Shown: piece after piece, positions 31,260 through 41,168 of the stretch
Position numbering within the stretch: position 1 is the stretch's first letter
How the letters are laid out: the number at the start of each line of letters is the position of its first letter
From: an uncultured Bacilli bacterium
GTDB lineage: Bacteria > Bacillota_I > Bacilli_A > RF39 > UBA660
Length of the DNA: 64,000 nucleotides
NCBI GenBank assembly: GCA_963931545.1
Contig: OZ007025.1
Span: 137,145 to 201,144 of the forward strand
Reading direction: 5' to 3'
Notes under the pieces: generated by a model
What the model was told of the DNA's origin: nothing
The model's input: only the letters and a program-made list of their open reading frames with translations
Databases searched by the model: none
Made by a program: the position numbers and the translations under genes

Positions 31260-32130
31260 TTGTGTGATTATTGGAGCAGGTCCTGCTGGTATGAATGCAG
31301 CTTTATATTTAAAAAGAGGCGGGATAGAGCCTATTATTATTGAAAGTGATGTACCTGGTGGAAAAATGCTTAAAACTTATAAAATAGAAAATTATTTAGG
31401 ATATGAATCTATTGATGGTGGCGAGCTTGCTTTAAAAATGAGTAAGCAAGTTAAAGATTTAGGAGTTAAAATTATTAGAGATAAAGTTATTAAAGTAAGT
31501 CATGATGATAAATTTGTTATAAAATGTGAGAATAATGAGTTTATTTCAGATTATGTTATAGTAGCTACTGGAAGAATTCCTAGAAAATTAGGTTTAAAAA
31601 ATGAAAGTGAATTAATAGGCAGAGGAATTAGTTACTGTGCAGTATGTGATGGGGCTTTTTATAAGAATAAAGAAGTTGCTATAATTGGTGGTGGAAATAG
31701 CGCATTAACAGAGGCTCTATATTTATCTGATTTATGTTTAAAGGTTTATATTTTAGCTAGAAAAGATTTAAGAGCTAGTGATGTTTTACAAAATAGAATT
31801 AAGAATAAAGATAATATTGTTGTTTTAAAAAATGTGGAGGTTAGTGAAATTTTAGGTAATGATAAGTTATCTTCTATTTTACTTAATAATGGGGATAGGT
31901 TGGATGTTAGTGGTATGTTTATTGCGATAGGTGGTAATCCTGAACTTAGTTTTTTAGATAGTCTTGGAGTAGAGCTAGTAAATGGATATATTAAGACTAA
32001 TAATAGAATGGAAAGTAATATTAAGGGGTTATATGCAGCTGGAGATGTAAGATATAAGGATTTTTATCAAATTATTACGGCAGCTAGTGATGGAGCTATT
32101 GCAGCTTTAAGTATTAGAGAGGATGTGTAA
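31234..32130 (+). CDS. trxB: Thioredoxin-disulfide reductase
   Basis: FAD motif IIGAGPAGMNAA, redox CAVCDG and NAD motif IIGGGNSALTEA. The true start is probably the ATG at 31243 or the TTG at 31252, after a GAGGAGG ribosome-binding site. Confidence 0.85.
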   Translation: MRRMIKLRNCVIIGAGPAGMNAALYLKRGGIEPIIIESDVPGGKMLKTYKIENYLGYESIDGGELALKMSKQVKDLGVKIIRDKVIKVSHDDKFVIKCENNEFISDYVIVATGRIPRKLGLKNESELIGRGISYCAVCDGAFYKNKEVAIIGGGNSALTEALYLSDLCLKVYILARKDLRASDVLQNRIKNKDNIVVLKNVEVSEILGNDKLSSILLNNGDRLDVSGMFIAIGGNPELSFLDSLGVELVNGYIKTNNRMESNIKGLYAAGDVRYKDFYQIITAASDGAIAALSIREDV

Positions 32131-32132
32131 TT

Positions 32133-33074
32133 ATGAAAGTAGCTGTTTTAGGTGGAGGAACAGGAATGAGCTGTTTGCTTAGAGGATTAAAAAAATTACC
32201 TTTTGATATTTCGGCAATTGTATCTGTCTGTGATGATGGAAGTAGTACAGGTAGACTTAGGGAGGAATTTCATACGCCTGCAGTTGGGGATATTCGTAAG
32301 GTTTTAATTAGTTTATCTGAGAATGAAGATGATGTAAAAAAATTATTTGATTATAGATTTAACACTTCTAGTGATTTGGATGGTCATGCTTTAGGTAATT
32401 TACTTTTGACTGGGGCTGCTTCTATTACTGGTAATGTTTCTGATGGAATTGAACTTGTAAATTCTCTTTTGAAATTAAAAGGTAAGGTTATTCCATTAAC
32501 TGAAGATAATGTTACTTTGATGGGTAAGATGAATAGTGGTAAGGTTGTTATGGGAGAACATCATATTACTGAATATAATGATAAGATTAAATCTGTTTAT
32601 TATAAGGATACTCCTGAGGTTAATCCAGATGTTTTGAAAGCTATTCGTGAAGCTGATGCGATTATTTTAAGTATGGGTAGTTTGTTTACTAGTATTATTC
32701 CTAATTTATTATGTAAGGAAGTTAAAAAGGAAATTGATAATAGTAAGGCTAAACTTATTTATGTTTGTAATATTATGACACAGCCAGGGGAAACTGATGA
32801 TTTTAAGGTTAGTGATCATGTTAAACTTTTGAATAAGTATTTGGGAAAGAGAAAAGTTGATGCGGTTATTTTAAATAATGGTATGATTGATGCAGATATT
32901 GTAAAAAATTATGAAACAACTGAGCAAAAGGATTTGGTTGAAGTTGATTATGATAATTTAGAGAAAATGAATTTGGATATTATTGATAATGATTATATTG
33001 TAATTGAAAATGGTATGATAAGACATAATACATTAAGAGTGGCTATTGATATTCTTTCTTATTTGTTGGATTAG
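32133..33074 (+). CDS. yvcK: Gluconeogenesis factor YvcK (UPF0052/CofD-like family)
   Basis: N-terminal VAVLGGGTGMSCLLRGLK and conserved placement upstream of whiA. Confidence 0.85.
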   Translation: MKVAVLGGGTGMSCLLRGLKKLPFDISAIVSVCDDGSSTGRLREEFHTPAVGDIRKVLISLSENEDDVKKLFDYRFNTSSDLDGHALGNLLLTGAASITGNVSDGIELVNSLLKLKGKVIPLTEDNVTLMGKMNSGKVVMGEHHITEYNDKIKSVYYKDTPEVNPDVLKAIREADAIILSMGSLFTSIIPNLLCKEVKKEIDNSKAKLIYVCNIMTQPGETDDFKVSDHVKLLNKYLGKRKVDAVILNNGMIDADIVKNYETTEQKDLVEVDYDNLEKMNLDIIDNDYIVIENGMIRHNTLRVAIDILSYLLD

Positions 33075-33084
33075 AGGTGATTTT

Positions 33085-33999
33085 GTGTCATTTACAGCAG
33101 CTGTTAAAGATGAGGTTAGCAAATTAGAATGTGAGGAAACTGAGAAAATTTCTGAGTTATCGGCAATTGTTCAGAATAATGAGCATGATGGTATAATTAA
33201 AATAACTTTGGAAAATAATGCGGTGGCTAGATTAGTTTATTCTTTATTTAAAGATTTGTTTGGTGTTTATTCTAAGGTAAGTGTTAAAAGAGGATATAAT
33301 TATAATAAAAATATGCTTTATACTTTAGAAGTTAAAAATAAGGTTTTTGATATTTTGAAAGCTTTAGGGATAGATGGTAATATTCCAGATGGGTTTATTT
33401 ATGCGGATGAGGGATTACTTAGAGCTTATTTGAAAGGTTTATTTTTGATGAAAGCTAGTGTGAATGACCCTAAGACATCAAGATATCATTTAGAATTTAA
33501 TTTAGATAATTTAGAGTATGCGGAATTTGTTAAAAAATGTTTAAATCATTTTAGACTTAATAGTAAGATTTTACATAGGGAACATAGATATGTTGTATAT
33601 ATTAAAGAAGCTGAGAAAATAAGTGATTTTTTAAGAATTATTGGAGCTGTAAAAGCTGTACTTTATTTTGAAGATATTAGAATTTATAGGGATCACAAAA
33701 ATATGACTAATAGACTTAATAATTGTGAGCAAGCTAATGTGGACAAAATTATTGAGACTGCTAATGAACAAGTTAAGGATATTGAGTTACTTAAAGAAAT
33801 GGATGTATATGATTTACTTAATGATAAGGAAAAAGAAGTTTCATTTTATAGATTAAAATACCCTGAAGCTTCTTTAATTGAATTAAGTCAAATAATTAGT
33901 ATGGAAACAGGTAATAAAATTACTAAATCAGGCGTATATCATCGACTTAACAAAATTAGACAGTTAGCTATGAATATGAGAGAAAAATCAGAAAAATAA
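33085..33999 (+). CDS. whiA: DNA-binding protein WhiA
   Basis: LAGLIDADG-like core and C-terminal HTH, after yvcK. Probable GTG start at 33085 after a GAGGTGA ribosome-binding site. Confidence 0.85.
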   Translation: MSFTAAVKDEVSKLECEETEKISELSAIVQNNEHDGIIKITLENNAVARLVYSLFKDLFGVYSKVSVKRGYNYNKNMLYTLEVKNKVFDILKALGIDGNIPDGFIYADEGLLRAYLKGLFLMKASVNDPKTSRYHLEFNLDNLEYAEFVKKCLNHFRLNSKILHREHRYVVYIKEAEKISDFLRIIGAVKAVLYFEDIRIYRDHKNMTNRLNNCEQANVDKIIETANEQVKDIELLKEMDVYDLLNDKEKEVSFYRLKYPEASLIELSQIISMETGNKITKSGVYHRLNKIRQLAMNMREKSEK

Positions 34000-34393
34000 G
34001 TTTTTTATAATTTTAAAGGAAATGATATATATGTAGTTTTAGATGGAAAAAAGTAACTAGTCTAAGTTTATAAGAAATTCAAAAATTAATGTTAGTAAAA
34101 GTGATACTGAAAATTAAATTAGTGTCATTTTTTAAATTAAAATTAACAAAAATATATTAGTTGCATTTATTTGGAATTTATTTATAAGTTTTCATTTATT
34201 TTTATAATGAAAGAAATATTGATGAGAAATTTTATTTGTTATAATATGTCAGTTTTAAAATACTGTGGAAAATTTGATTTTGACAGTGTTTTGTTTTGAA
34301 AATTTATTTTAAAATTACTTTAAAATATAATAAGTTTTAGGAACACTGGACTTAGAGCTAGTGATTTGATACAATTAATAAGAGGGTGATATT

Positions 34394-35374
34394 ATGCGTG
34401 AACTCTTTGAAAACTTAAATGAAAATATAAAAAAACATGATGAAGTTATAATTATGACACATTCAAGACCTGATTTAGATGGGATGGGTTCAGCATTAGC
34501 TTTATATAAAATAATTGAGTCTATGGATAGAAAATGTTATATTGTTTCTCCTTTAAAAAAATTATATCGCTCTTTAGATAAGGCAATGAAATTGCTTGAT
34601 GATAATGGTATAAATTTTGAATTTAAAGATGAAAAAGAAATTATAAATAGTAAACATGTAAAACCATTACTAATTATTTTAGATACACAAAAACCTGAAT
34701 TAGTCGAGTCTGACAAGGTACTTGATTTAATTAATGATAAAATTGTTATTGACCATCATATTGGTAGTTTAGATACTATTAATGATACTATATATAAATA
34801 TAGTGATGCGAATAAATCTAGTATTGTTGAGGTCATGGCTGAATATTTAAATTATTTAGAATTAGAAATTTCTCCACTTATTATGACAGTTTTACTTTCT
34901 GGTATGGTTGTTGATACTAGTAGCTTTAATATAAAAACTACTGCTAGAACTTTTGAGATGGCAGCTTATTTAGCTAAAAACGGGGCTGATTTTGTTTTAA
35001 TACAAGATTTACTTAAAGAGCCTAGAGAAGAAATGGTTGAAAGGTATAGTTTTATAAGTAATAGTGAAGAAATTGCTGAAGATGTTTTGATGTGTAAGAT
35101 GGATGATAAGATTCATGGTAATGTGGATATTGCACTTTTAGCTAAAGAATTACTTAAATTTGAGGATATTAAAGCATCTTTTGCTATTGGAAGACTTTCA
35201 CATAGAATTGTTGGTATTAGTGCAAGGTCTATGGGAAATATTAATGTTGGAGAGATTATGGAAAGATTAGGTGGCGGTGGTCATTTGACTGATGCGGCTG
35301 CACAAATAAAAGATAAAAGTGTTGAAGAGGTGGCTAAAGAGTTAAAGAAAATTATTAAGGATGTGATAAAATGA
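34394..35374 (+). CDS. DHH/DHHA1 phosphoesterase (NrnA-like nanoRNase/pAp phosphatase)
   Basis: DHH motif HSRPDLDGMGS...DHH and DHHA1 GGGGH, upstream of rplI. Confidence 0.8.
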   Translation: MRELFENLNENIKKHDEVIIMTHSRPDLDGMGSALALYKIIESMDRKCYIVSPLKKLYRSLDKAMKLLDDNGINFEFKDEKEIINSKHVKPLLIILDTQKPELVESDKVLDLINDKIVIDHHIGSLDTINDTIYKYSDANKSSIVEVMAEYLNYLELEISPLIMTVLLSGMVVDTSSFNIKTTARTFEMAAYLAKNGADFVLIQDLLKEPREEMVERYSFISNSEEIAEDVLMCKMDDKIHGNVDIALLAKELLKFEDIKASFAIGRLSHRIVGISARSMGNINVGEIMERLGGGGHLTDAAAQIKDKSVEEVAKELKKIIKDVIK

Positions 35375-35808
35375 AGGTTATATTACTTAAAGATGTTAAA
35401 AAACAAGGGAAAAAAGATGATATAATTGAAGTTAAAGATGGATATGGCAACTATTTAATTAATAATAAATTAGCAGTTTTAGCTACTAAAGGAAGTAGTA
35501 AGGTTTTAAAATTTCAACAAGAAAAAGCAGCTTTAGAAGAAAATTTATTAATTAAAGATTGTGAAGATATTAAGAAAAAATTAGAAAGTATGACTTTAAA
35601 TTTTAAAGTTAATACTGGTAAAAATGGTCAAGTATTTGGTCAGATTAGTACTAAACAAATATCAGATGAATTAAAGAAAAAAGGTTTTGATATTGATAAA
35701 AGAAAAATTAAATTAGATGTTCCAATTAATACTTTAGGAACAACTAATGTTAAGATTTTATTACATAAAAAGGTGGAGGCTACATTAAAAATACATTTAC
35801 AAAAGTAG
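35371..35808 (+). CDS. rplI: 50S ribosomal protein L9
   Basis: Starts MKVILLKDVKKQGKKDDIIEVKDGYGNYL. Length 145 aa. Confidence 0.9.
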   Translation: MKVILLKDVKKQGKKDDIIEVKDGYGNYLINNKLAVLATKGSSKVLKFQQEKAALEENLLIKDCEDIKKKLESMTLNFKVNTGKNGQVFGQISTKQISDELKKKGFDIDKRKIKLDVPINTLGTTNVKILLHKKVEATLKIHLQK

Positions 35809-35816
35809 GTGATTAG

Positions 35817-37163
35817 ATGGATGGAAGAACAATGCCTCAGAAAGTAGATGCTGAGCAAGCTATAATTGGTTCAATGTTTTTAAGTGAGAAAGCATTAGAA
35901 AAAATTACTGAAAGATTAAATAAAGATATGTTTTATTTAGATTCTCACAAAAAAATATTTGAAGTTATTAAAAATTTGGCTGATAAAAAAATTCCTATTG
36001 ATATTACAACAGTAACCGCTGAACTAGAAAAGAAAAATTTACTTAATCAAGTTGGTGGAGTAGAATATTTAACAAGTCTTGTGGGTATGGTAGCAACGGC
36101 GGCTAATGCAGAAGAATATATAAAAATAATAGAAGAAAAATATTTAAGACGTAATTTAATTGAGGCTGGTACGGATATTGCAAATGCTGGTTTTTCTTCT
36201 ACTTTGGAAATTGGAGATATTCTAGATGAAGCTGAGAAAAAAATATTCGATGTTGTAAAAAATAGAAGGGGCTCTGAGTTTAAGAGTATTCAAGATGTTT
36301 TATTTAAAGCACAAGCTGATTTAGAAAAATTATCTTCGATGAAAGGTGAAATTACTGGAGTTCCTTCAGGATATTATGATATAGATAGATTAACGGCAGG
36401 TTTTCATGAAAATGAGCTTATAATTATTGCGGCTAGACCAGCAATGGGTAAGACGGCTTTTGCAGTTAATTTAGCTGTTAATATGGCGATGAATGCTAAA
36501 AAAACAGTAGCTTTATTTAATATGGAAATGGGCGCTGAGCAACTTATTTCTCGTATGCTTTCTTCAGTTGGGCAAATTGAAGCTTCAAAACTTCGTACTG
36601 GAAAGCTTGAACACCAAGATTGGAAAAGAGTAAATGAGGCTATTAGTAGACTTGCTGATACTAAGATTTTTATCGATGATACACCTGGTATGACAGTTAG
36701 TGAGATTAGGGCTAAGTGCAGGAGACTTGCTAATTCTGAGGATGGTTTAGATATTGTTATAATTGACTATTTACAGTTAATTAGTGGCTCGGCTAGATAT
36801 GCTGGTCAAAGACAACAAGAGGTTTCTGAAATATCTAGGTCTTTAAAAACTATGGCTATGGAACTTAATATTCCAGTTATTGCTCTCGCACAGCTTTCAC
36901 GTAGTGTTGAGGGAAGGGAAGAAAAAAGGCCACTTCTTTCTGATTTAAGAGAGTCTGGCTCTATCGAACAAGATGCGGATATTGTCGCGTTTTTATATCG
37001 TGATGATTATTATAATAAAGAAAGTGCTATCGATGAAAATACAAGTAAGAGTGAGTTTATTATTGCTAAACACCGTAGTGGTCCAACAGCAACTGTTAAT
37101 TTAATATTTAAAAGAGATACTAGTTCATTTTTCAATATGGAAAATAGTCAGGTAGGCGAATAA
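35817..37163 (+). CDS. dnaB: Replicative DNA helicase (DnaB family)
   Basis: Walker A ARPAMGKTAFA, Walker B and DnaB signature motifs. It follows rplI. Confidence 0.95.
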   Translation: MDGRTMPQKVDAEQAIIGSMFLSEKALEKITERLNKDMFYLDSHKKIFEVIKNLADKKIPIDITTVTAELEKKNLLNQVGGVEYLTSLVGMVATAANAEEYIKIIEEKYLRRNLIEAGTDIANAGFSSTLEIGDILDEAEKKIFDVVKNRRGSEFKSIQDVLFKAQADLEKLSSMKGEITGVPSGYYDIDRLTAGFHENELIIIAARPAMGKTAFAVNLAVNMAMNAKKTVALFNMEMGAEQLISRMLSSVGQIEASKLRTGKLEHQDWKRVNEAISRLADTKIFIDDTPGMTVSEIRAKCRRLANSEDGLDIVIIDYLQLISGSARYAGQRQQEVSEISRSLKTMAMELNIPVIALAQLSRSVEGREEKRPLLSDLRESGSIEQDADIVAFLYRDDYYNKESAIDENTSKSEFIIAKHRSGPTATVNLIFKRDTSSFFNMENSQVGE

Positions 37164-38636
37164 ATGAAAAAATTTGGAATAGGATTTATTTTAATTATAA
37201 CTATTATTTTAGTTTGTGTTTTAGGGTTTGGTTATAAAACATCTCCAGAGCCAAATAATTATTATGAGGTTTATTTGAATGATAAATCTTTGGGAACTAT
37301 TGCTTCTAAGGAGGAATTAGAAGAATATATCGATAAAAATGGTTCTTATTATAAAAATAAGTTTGATGTTGATAAGGTTTATTCACCAAAAGGATTACAA
37401 ATCAGAAGATTAACAACTTATGATGGAGATGTTGATTCAGTATCTGATATTTATGGAAAGATTGCTAAAAAAGAGTCTTTTACTGTTAGAGGTTATGAGT
37501 TTGTTATTAAAGGTCAGCGTGCTGAAAAAGAAGGCGAAGAAGCTAAACTTATAACTCAAAGTATTTATGTTTTAGATAAAGATATTTTTAAAAAGGCTAT
37601 TGAAGCTTTAATTAGGACTTTTGTTGGTGAAGATAAATATGAAGCTTATATTGAAGATAATCAAGTAAAAATAGAAACTACTGGTGAGGAGATTCAAAAT
37701 GTATATGTTGATGAGGATATTACAGTTAAAGAAACTAATATCCCAGTAGATGCAACTATTTATACTGATGCAAGTGAGCTTGCTAATTATTTACTTTATG
37801 GAAAAGACCAGAAAGCTAGAGAATATGTTGTTCAAGCTGGAGATACTATTGAAAATGTTGCTTTTAATAATAAGATTAGTCCAGAGGAAGTTTTAATTTC
37901 AAATTCTAGTTTAACTAGTACAACTAATTTATTATACCCAGGTCAAAAGTTAAAGATAGTTGAAACTAATCCACAGATTAGTGTTGTTGAAGAATCTTAT
38001 TTAGTTGAGGATATTGAAAGTGCTTATCCTACTGAGGAAAGATATGATGAAAATGCGGCTATTGGTATTGATAAGGTTATTCAAAATGGAGAAAATGGTT
38101 TAGAGCGTGTTTCTCAAAGGGTTAGAAAAGTTAATGGTGTTATAAACTATGTTATTCCTGAGGGTAAAACAGTTCTTAAGGCTCCTACTAGTAAAATTAT
38201 TTTGAAAGGTACTAAATATATTCCAGATGTTGGTAGTACGACTAGCTGGGGATGGCCAACTGATAGTGGTTGGAGATTAAGTAGTGGTTATGTTTGGAGA
38301 ACAAATCCAGTTACTGGTAGACGTGAGTTACATGGTGGTTTAGATATAAGTGGTACTGGATATGGCTCTAAGATATATGCGACTAATAATGGTAGAGTTA
38401 AAGAGGCTAGTTATCATTATAGTTATGGTAATCATGTTATAATTGATCATAACAATGGATATTTAACTTTATATGCTCATATGTCTAGGATTAATGTTAA
38501 AGTAGGTCAGGTTGTAGCTAGAGGAGATGTTATTGGTTATGTTGGTATGACTGGTACGGCTACGGGTCCGCATGTACATTATGAAATTTGGAAAGGCTGT
38601 GATTATTGCCGAATTAATCCAATGAGTATGTATTAA
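37164..38636 (+). CDS. M23 family metallopeptidase with LysM and G5-like domains
   Basis: N-terminal TM anchor, LysM YVVQAGDTIENVA, and an M23 HxxxD/HxH core (HGGLDI...HVHYEI). Confidence 0.75.
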   Translation: MKKFGIGFILIITIILVCVLGFGYKTSPEPNNYYEVYLNDKSLGTIASKEELEEYIDKNGSYYKNKFDVDKVYSPKGLQIRRLTTYDGDVDSVSDIYGKIAKKESFTVRGYEFVIKGQRAEKEGEEAKLITQSIYVLDKDIFKKAIEALIRTFVGEDKYEAYIEDNQVKIETTGEEIQNVYVDEDITVKETNIPVDATIYTDASELANYLLYGKDQKAREYVVQAGDTIENVAFNNKISPEEVLISNSSLTSTTNLLYPGQKLKIVETNPQISVVEESYLVEDIESAYPTEERYDENAAIGIDKVIQNGENGLERVSQRVRKVNGVINYVIPEGKTVLKAPTSKIILKGTKYIPDVGSTTSWGWPTDSGWRLSSGYVWRTNPVTGRRELHGGLDISGTGYGSKIYATNNGRVKEASYHYSYGNHVIIDHNNGYLTLYAHMSRINVKVGQVVARGDVIGYVGMTGTATGPHVHYEIWKGCDYCRINPMSMY

Positions 38637-39394
38637 TGAAAGTATGTGTTTTAGCAAGTGGAAGCAAAGGTAATTCATCTTATATTGAAACTGATGAAAC
38701 TAAGTCTTTAGTTGATTTAGGTATGAGTGCGGGTTATATTGCGAAAGCTTTAAAAAATATTGATATAAACCCTTCTTCTATTCAGAGGGTTTTTATCACG
38801 CATGCACATTCTGACCATGTGGCTGGGTTAAAGGTGTTTTTGAAGAAGTATCATCCGACTGTTTATTTAACTCATAAAATGGAAGAAGAATTAGGTTTTG
38901 AAATAGAGGATAAGGTGTATATTGATGGTGATATGAAGATTGCTGATTTGGATGTTAAGGTTATTAAGACTTCACATGATGCAGCTGATAGTAATGGATA
39001 TGTCTTTTCTTCTTATGATAAATCTATAGTTTATATTACAGATACGGGCTATATTAATGTTAGAAATTTTGATAAGTTAAAAAATAAAAATGTCTATGTA
39101 TTTGAGAGTAATCACGATGTACGTATGCTTAGAGAAGGAAAATATCCTTATTATTTACAACAAAGAATACTAAGTGATAAAGGACATTTATCTAATAAAG
39201 ATTCGGCTTATTATTTATCAGAATTTATTGGAAATAATACTGAGAAGATTATTTTGATTCATTTAAGTGAGGAGAATAACAAACCAGAGGTTGCACTTAA
39301 AACATTAATTGATACTTTGGATAAGAAAGGTGTTAGAAAACCTGATATTGAGATTGCTAGTCAAAGAGAAAGTACGGAGCTAATAGAGTTATGA
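38636..39394 (+). CDS. MBL-fold metallo-hydrolase (YycJ/WalJ-like)
   Basis: HAHSDH motif. Conserved pairing with the rlmH gene downstream. Confidence 0.75.
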   Translation: MKVCVLASGSKGNSSYIETDETKSLVDLGMSAGYIAKALKNIDINPSSIQRVFITHAHSDHVAGLKVFLKKYHPTVYLTHKMEEELGFEIEDKVYIDGDMKIADLDVKVIKTSHDAADSNGYVFSSYDKSIVYITDTGYINVRNFDKLKNKNVYVFESNHDVRMLREGKYPYYLQQRILSDKGHLSNKDSAYYLSEFIGNNTEKIILIHLSEENNKPEVALKTLIDTLDKKGVRKPDIEIASQRESTELIEL

Positions 39395-39837
39395 AAATAA
39401 TATGTGTTGGTAAGATTAAAGAAAAGTTTTTTGTGGATGCTATAAATGAATATAGTAAAAGAATTTCTAAGTATACCAAGTTAGAAATAATAGAAATTTC
39501 AGATGAGGCTAATGAAAGTATTGCTTTGAAGAAAGAGGGAGAGAAAATTTTATCTAAGATTAAAGATAGTGATTATGTTATTACTTTAGAAATTGATGGC
39601 AATAGTTTAGATTCTTTAGAGATTGCTAAAAAAATAGATAATAATTTTAATAGTAATAAAAATTTAACTTTTGTGATTGGTGGCTCTTATGGACTTGATG
39701 ATATGGTTAAATTGAGAAGTGATTATAAGTTATCTTTTTCTAGATTAACTTTTCCTCATCAGTTATTTAGAGTAATGCTTTTAGAACAAATATATAGAGC
39801 TTATAAAATTAATAATAATGAAAATTATCATAAGTAA
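39391..39837 (+). CDS. rlmH: 23S rRNA (pseudouridine1915-N3)-methyltransferase RlmH
   Basis: 148 aa, SPOUT-fold family, MKIICVGKIKE... Confidence 0.9.
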   Translation: MKIICVGKIKEKFFVDAINEYSKRISKYTKLEIIEISDEANESIALKKEGEKILSKIKDSDYVITLEIDGNSLDSLEIAKKIDNNFNSNKNLTFVIGGSYGLDDMVKLRSDYKLSFSRLTFPHQLFRVMLLEQIYRAYKINNNENYHK

Positions 39838-40006
39838 AATTTAGACTTTTTGGAAGTGTAATTTCTAAAAAGTTTAAAAAAATATGAATTTGTACATTTA
39901 ATTTTATTAAATACGTGAAACTAAATATTATATTAATGTTTTGTTTGTTATTTTTGTATAAAGAATTAATAAACTACCCATTATTAAATTGAAGGGTGGT
40001 TTTTCA

Positions 40007-40534
40007 ATGAAAAAAACTATTATTTTAATTTTATTGATAGGTATATTTTATGTTTTTATTTCTGATGCTTTAGCTAAAAATTTAATGATACCAGAAGATG
40101 CGATTAGAATAAGGATTATTCCTAATAGTAATTCGGCTTTTGATCAAGATGTTAAAGGAAAGGTTAAAGATAAGTTAGAGATAACAATGTATGATTTACT
40201 TAAAGATGCTGAAAGTAGTGAGGAAGCTAAAGAGATTATAAAAAACAATTTAGAATTAGTAGATAATGATGTTAAAAATATTTTAAGTAAGGAAAATTAT
40301 AATAAGGGTTATAAGATAAATTTTGGTATGAATTATTTTCCTTCTAAGGAATATAAGGGGGTTAAATATGAAGAAGGATATTATGAATCTTTAGTTATTA
40401 CTTTAGGTAAGGGAGAAGGGGATAATTGGTGGTGTGTTTTATTTCCTCCTTTATGTTTGATTGAAGGAGAAGAAGATACCGAGGTTGAATATAAATCTAT
40501 TGTGATGGAAATACTTGATAAATATTTGTCGTAA
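40007..40534 (+). CDS. spoIIR: Stage II sporulation protein R
   Basis: Signal peptide and the highly conserved GDNWWCVLFPPLC motif of SpoIIR. AAGGGTGG ribosome-binding site before 40007. Confidence 0.75.
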   Translation: MKKTIILILLIGIFYVFISDALAKNLMIPEDAIRIRIIPNSNSAFDQDVKGKVKDKLEITMYDLLKDAESSEEAKEIIKNNLELVDNDVKNILSKENYNKGYKINFGMNYFPSKEYKGVKYEEGYYESLVITLGKGEGDNWWCVLFPPLCLIEGEEDTEVEYKSIVMEILDKYLS

Positions 40535-40575
40535 GTTAATAACTAATGCCATAAACTTTTAATAAGAGGTGGAAT

Positions 40576-41100
40576 ATGGCATTAGTTTTTTTAATGGCAA
40601 TTAGTTTAAGTATGGATGCATTTTCTTTAGCTTTAGTGTATGGAACTTTTGGAATTAATAGGAAAAATAAAATTATTTTATCTATAATTGTTGGATGTTT
40701 TCATTTTGTTATGCCACTTTTTGGTATGTTTATAGGTGATTTGATTTTATCACTTTTTAAATTTAATACAGATATTTTAGTGGCTATAATTTTAATTTTT
40801 ATTGGCATGCAAATGGTTATTTCTTCTTTCAAAAAAGAAGATGATTTTAAACCTTTAAAATTTAGTGAGTTTTTTATGTTTGGATTAGCTGTTAGTATTG
40901 ATAGTTTTTCACTTGGCATAACTTTACCAAATATGGGAGTAGGTACGATTATTTCACCAATAATTTTTGCTTTAATTAGTTTTTTATTTACTTTTATTGG
41001 TTTATCAATTGGTAATAAAATTGAAAAATTACTAGGTAAATTAGCAACTATTATAGGAGGTTTAATTTTAACTATTATTGGTATTTTATTTTTGATATGA
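40576..41100 (+). CDS. MntP/YtaF-family (DUF204) membrane protein
   Basis: Six TM segments with duplicated halves, typical of manganese efflux MntP and the sporulation protein YtaF. Confidence 0.6.
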   Translation: MALVFLMAISLSMDAFSLALVYGTFGINRKNKIILSIIVGCFHFVMPLFGMFIGDLILSLFKFNTDILVAIILIFIGMQMVISSFKKEDDFKPLKFSEFFMFGLAVSIDSFSLGITLPNMGVGTIISPIIFALISFLFTFIGLSIGNKIEKLLGKLATIIGGLILTIIGILFLI

Positions 41101-41168
41101 TTGTTAATAGGATGTATATGTATTTGTAAATTTATGTGAATGTGTTAAAATAAAGTGAAAGGTGATTT

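Noticed and set aside
35640-35858. 72-aa minus-strand ORF
   Set aside because: Antisense to rplI/dnaB.
38469-38678. 69-aa minus-strand ORF
   Set aside because: Antisense to the M23 peptidase 3' end.
40701-40919. 72-aa minus-strand ORF
   Set aside because: Antisense to the MntP/YtaF-like gene.
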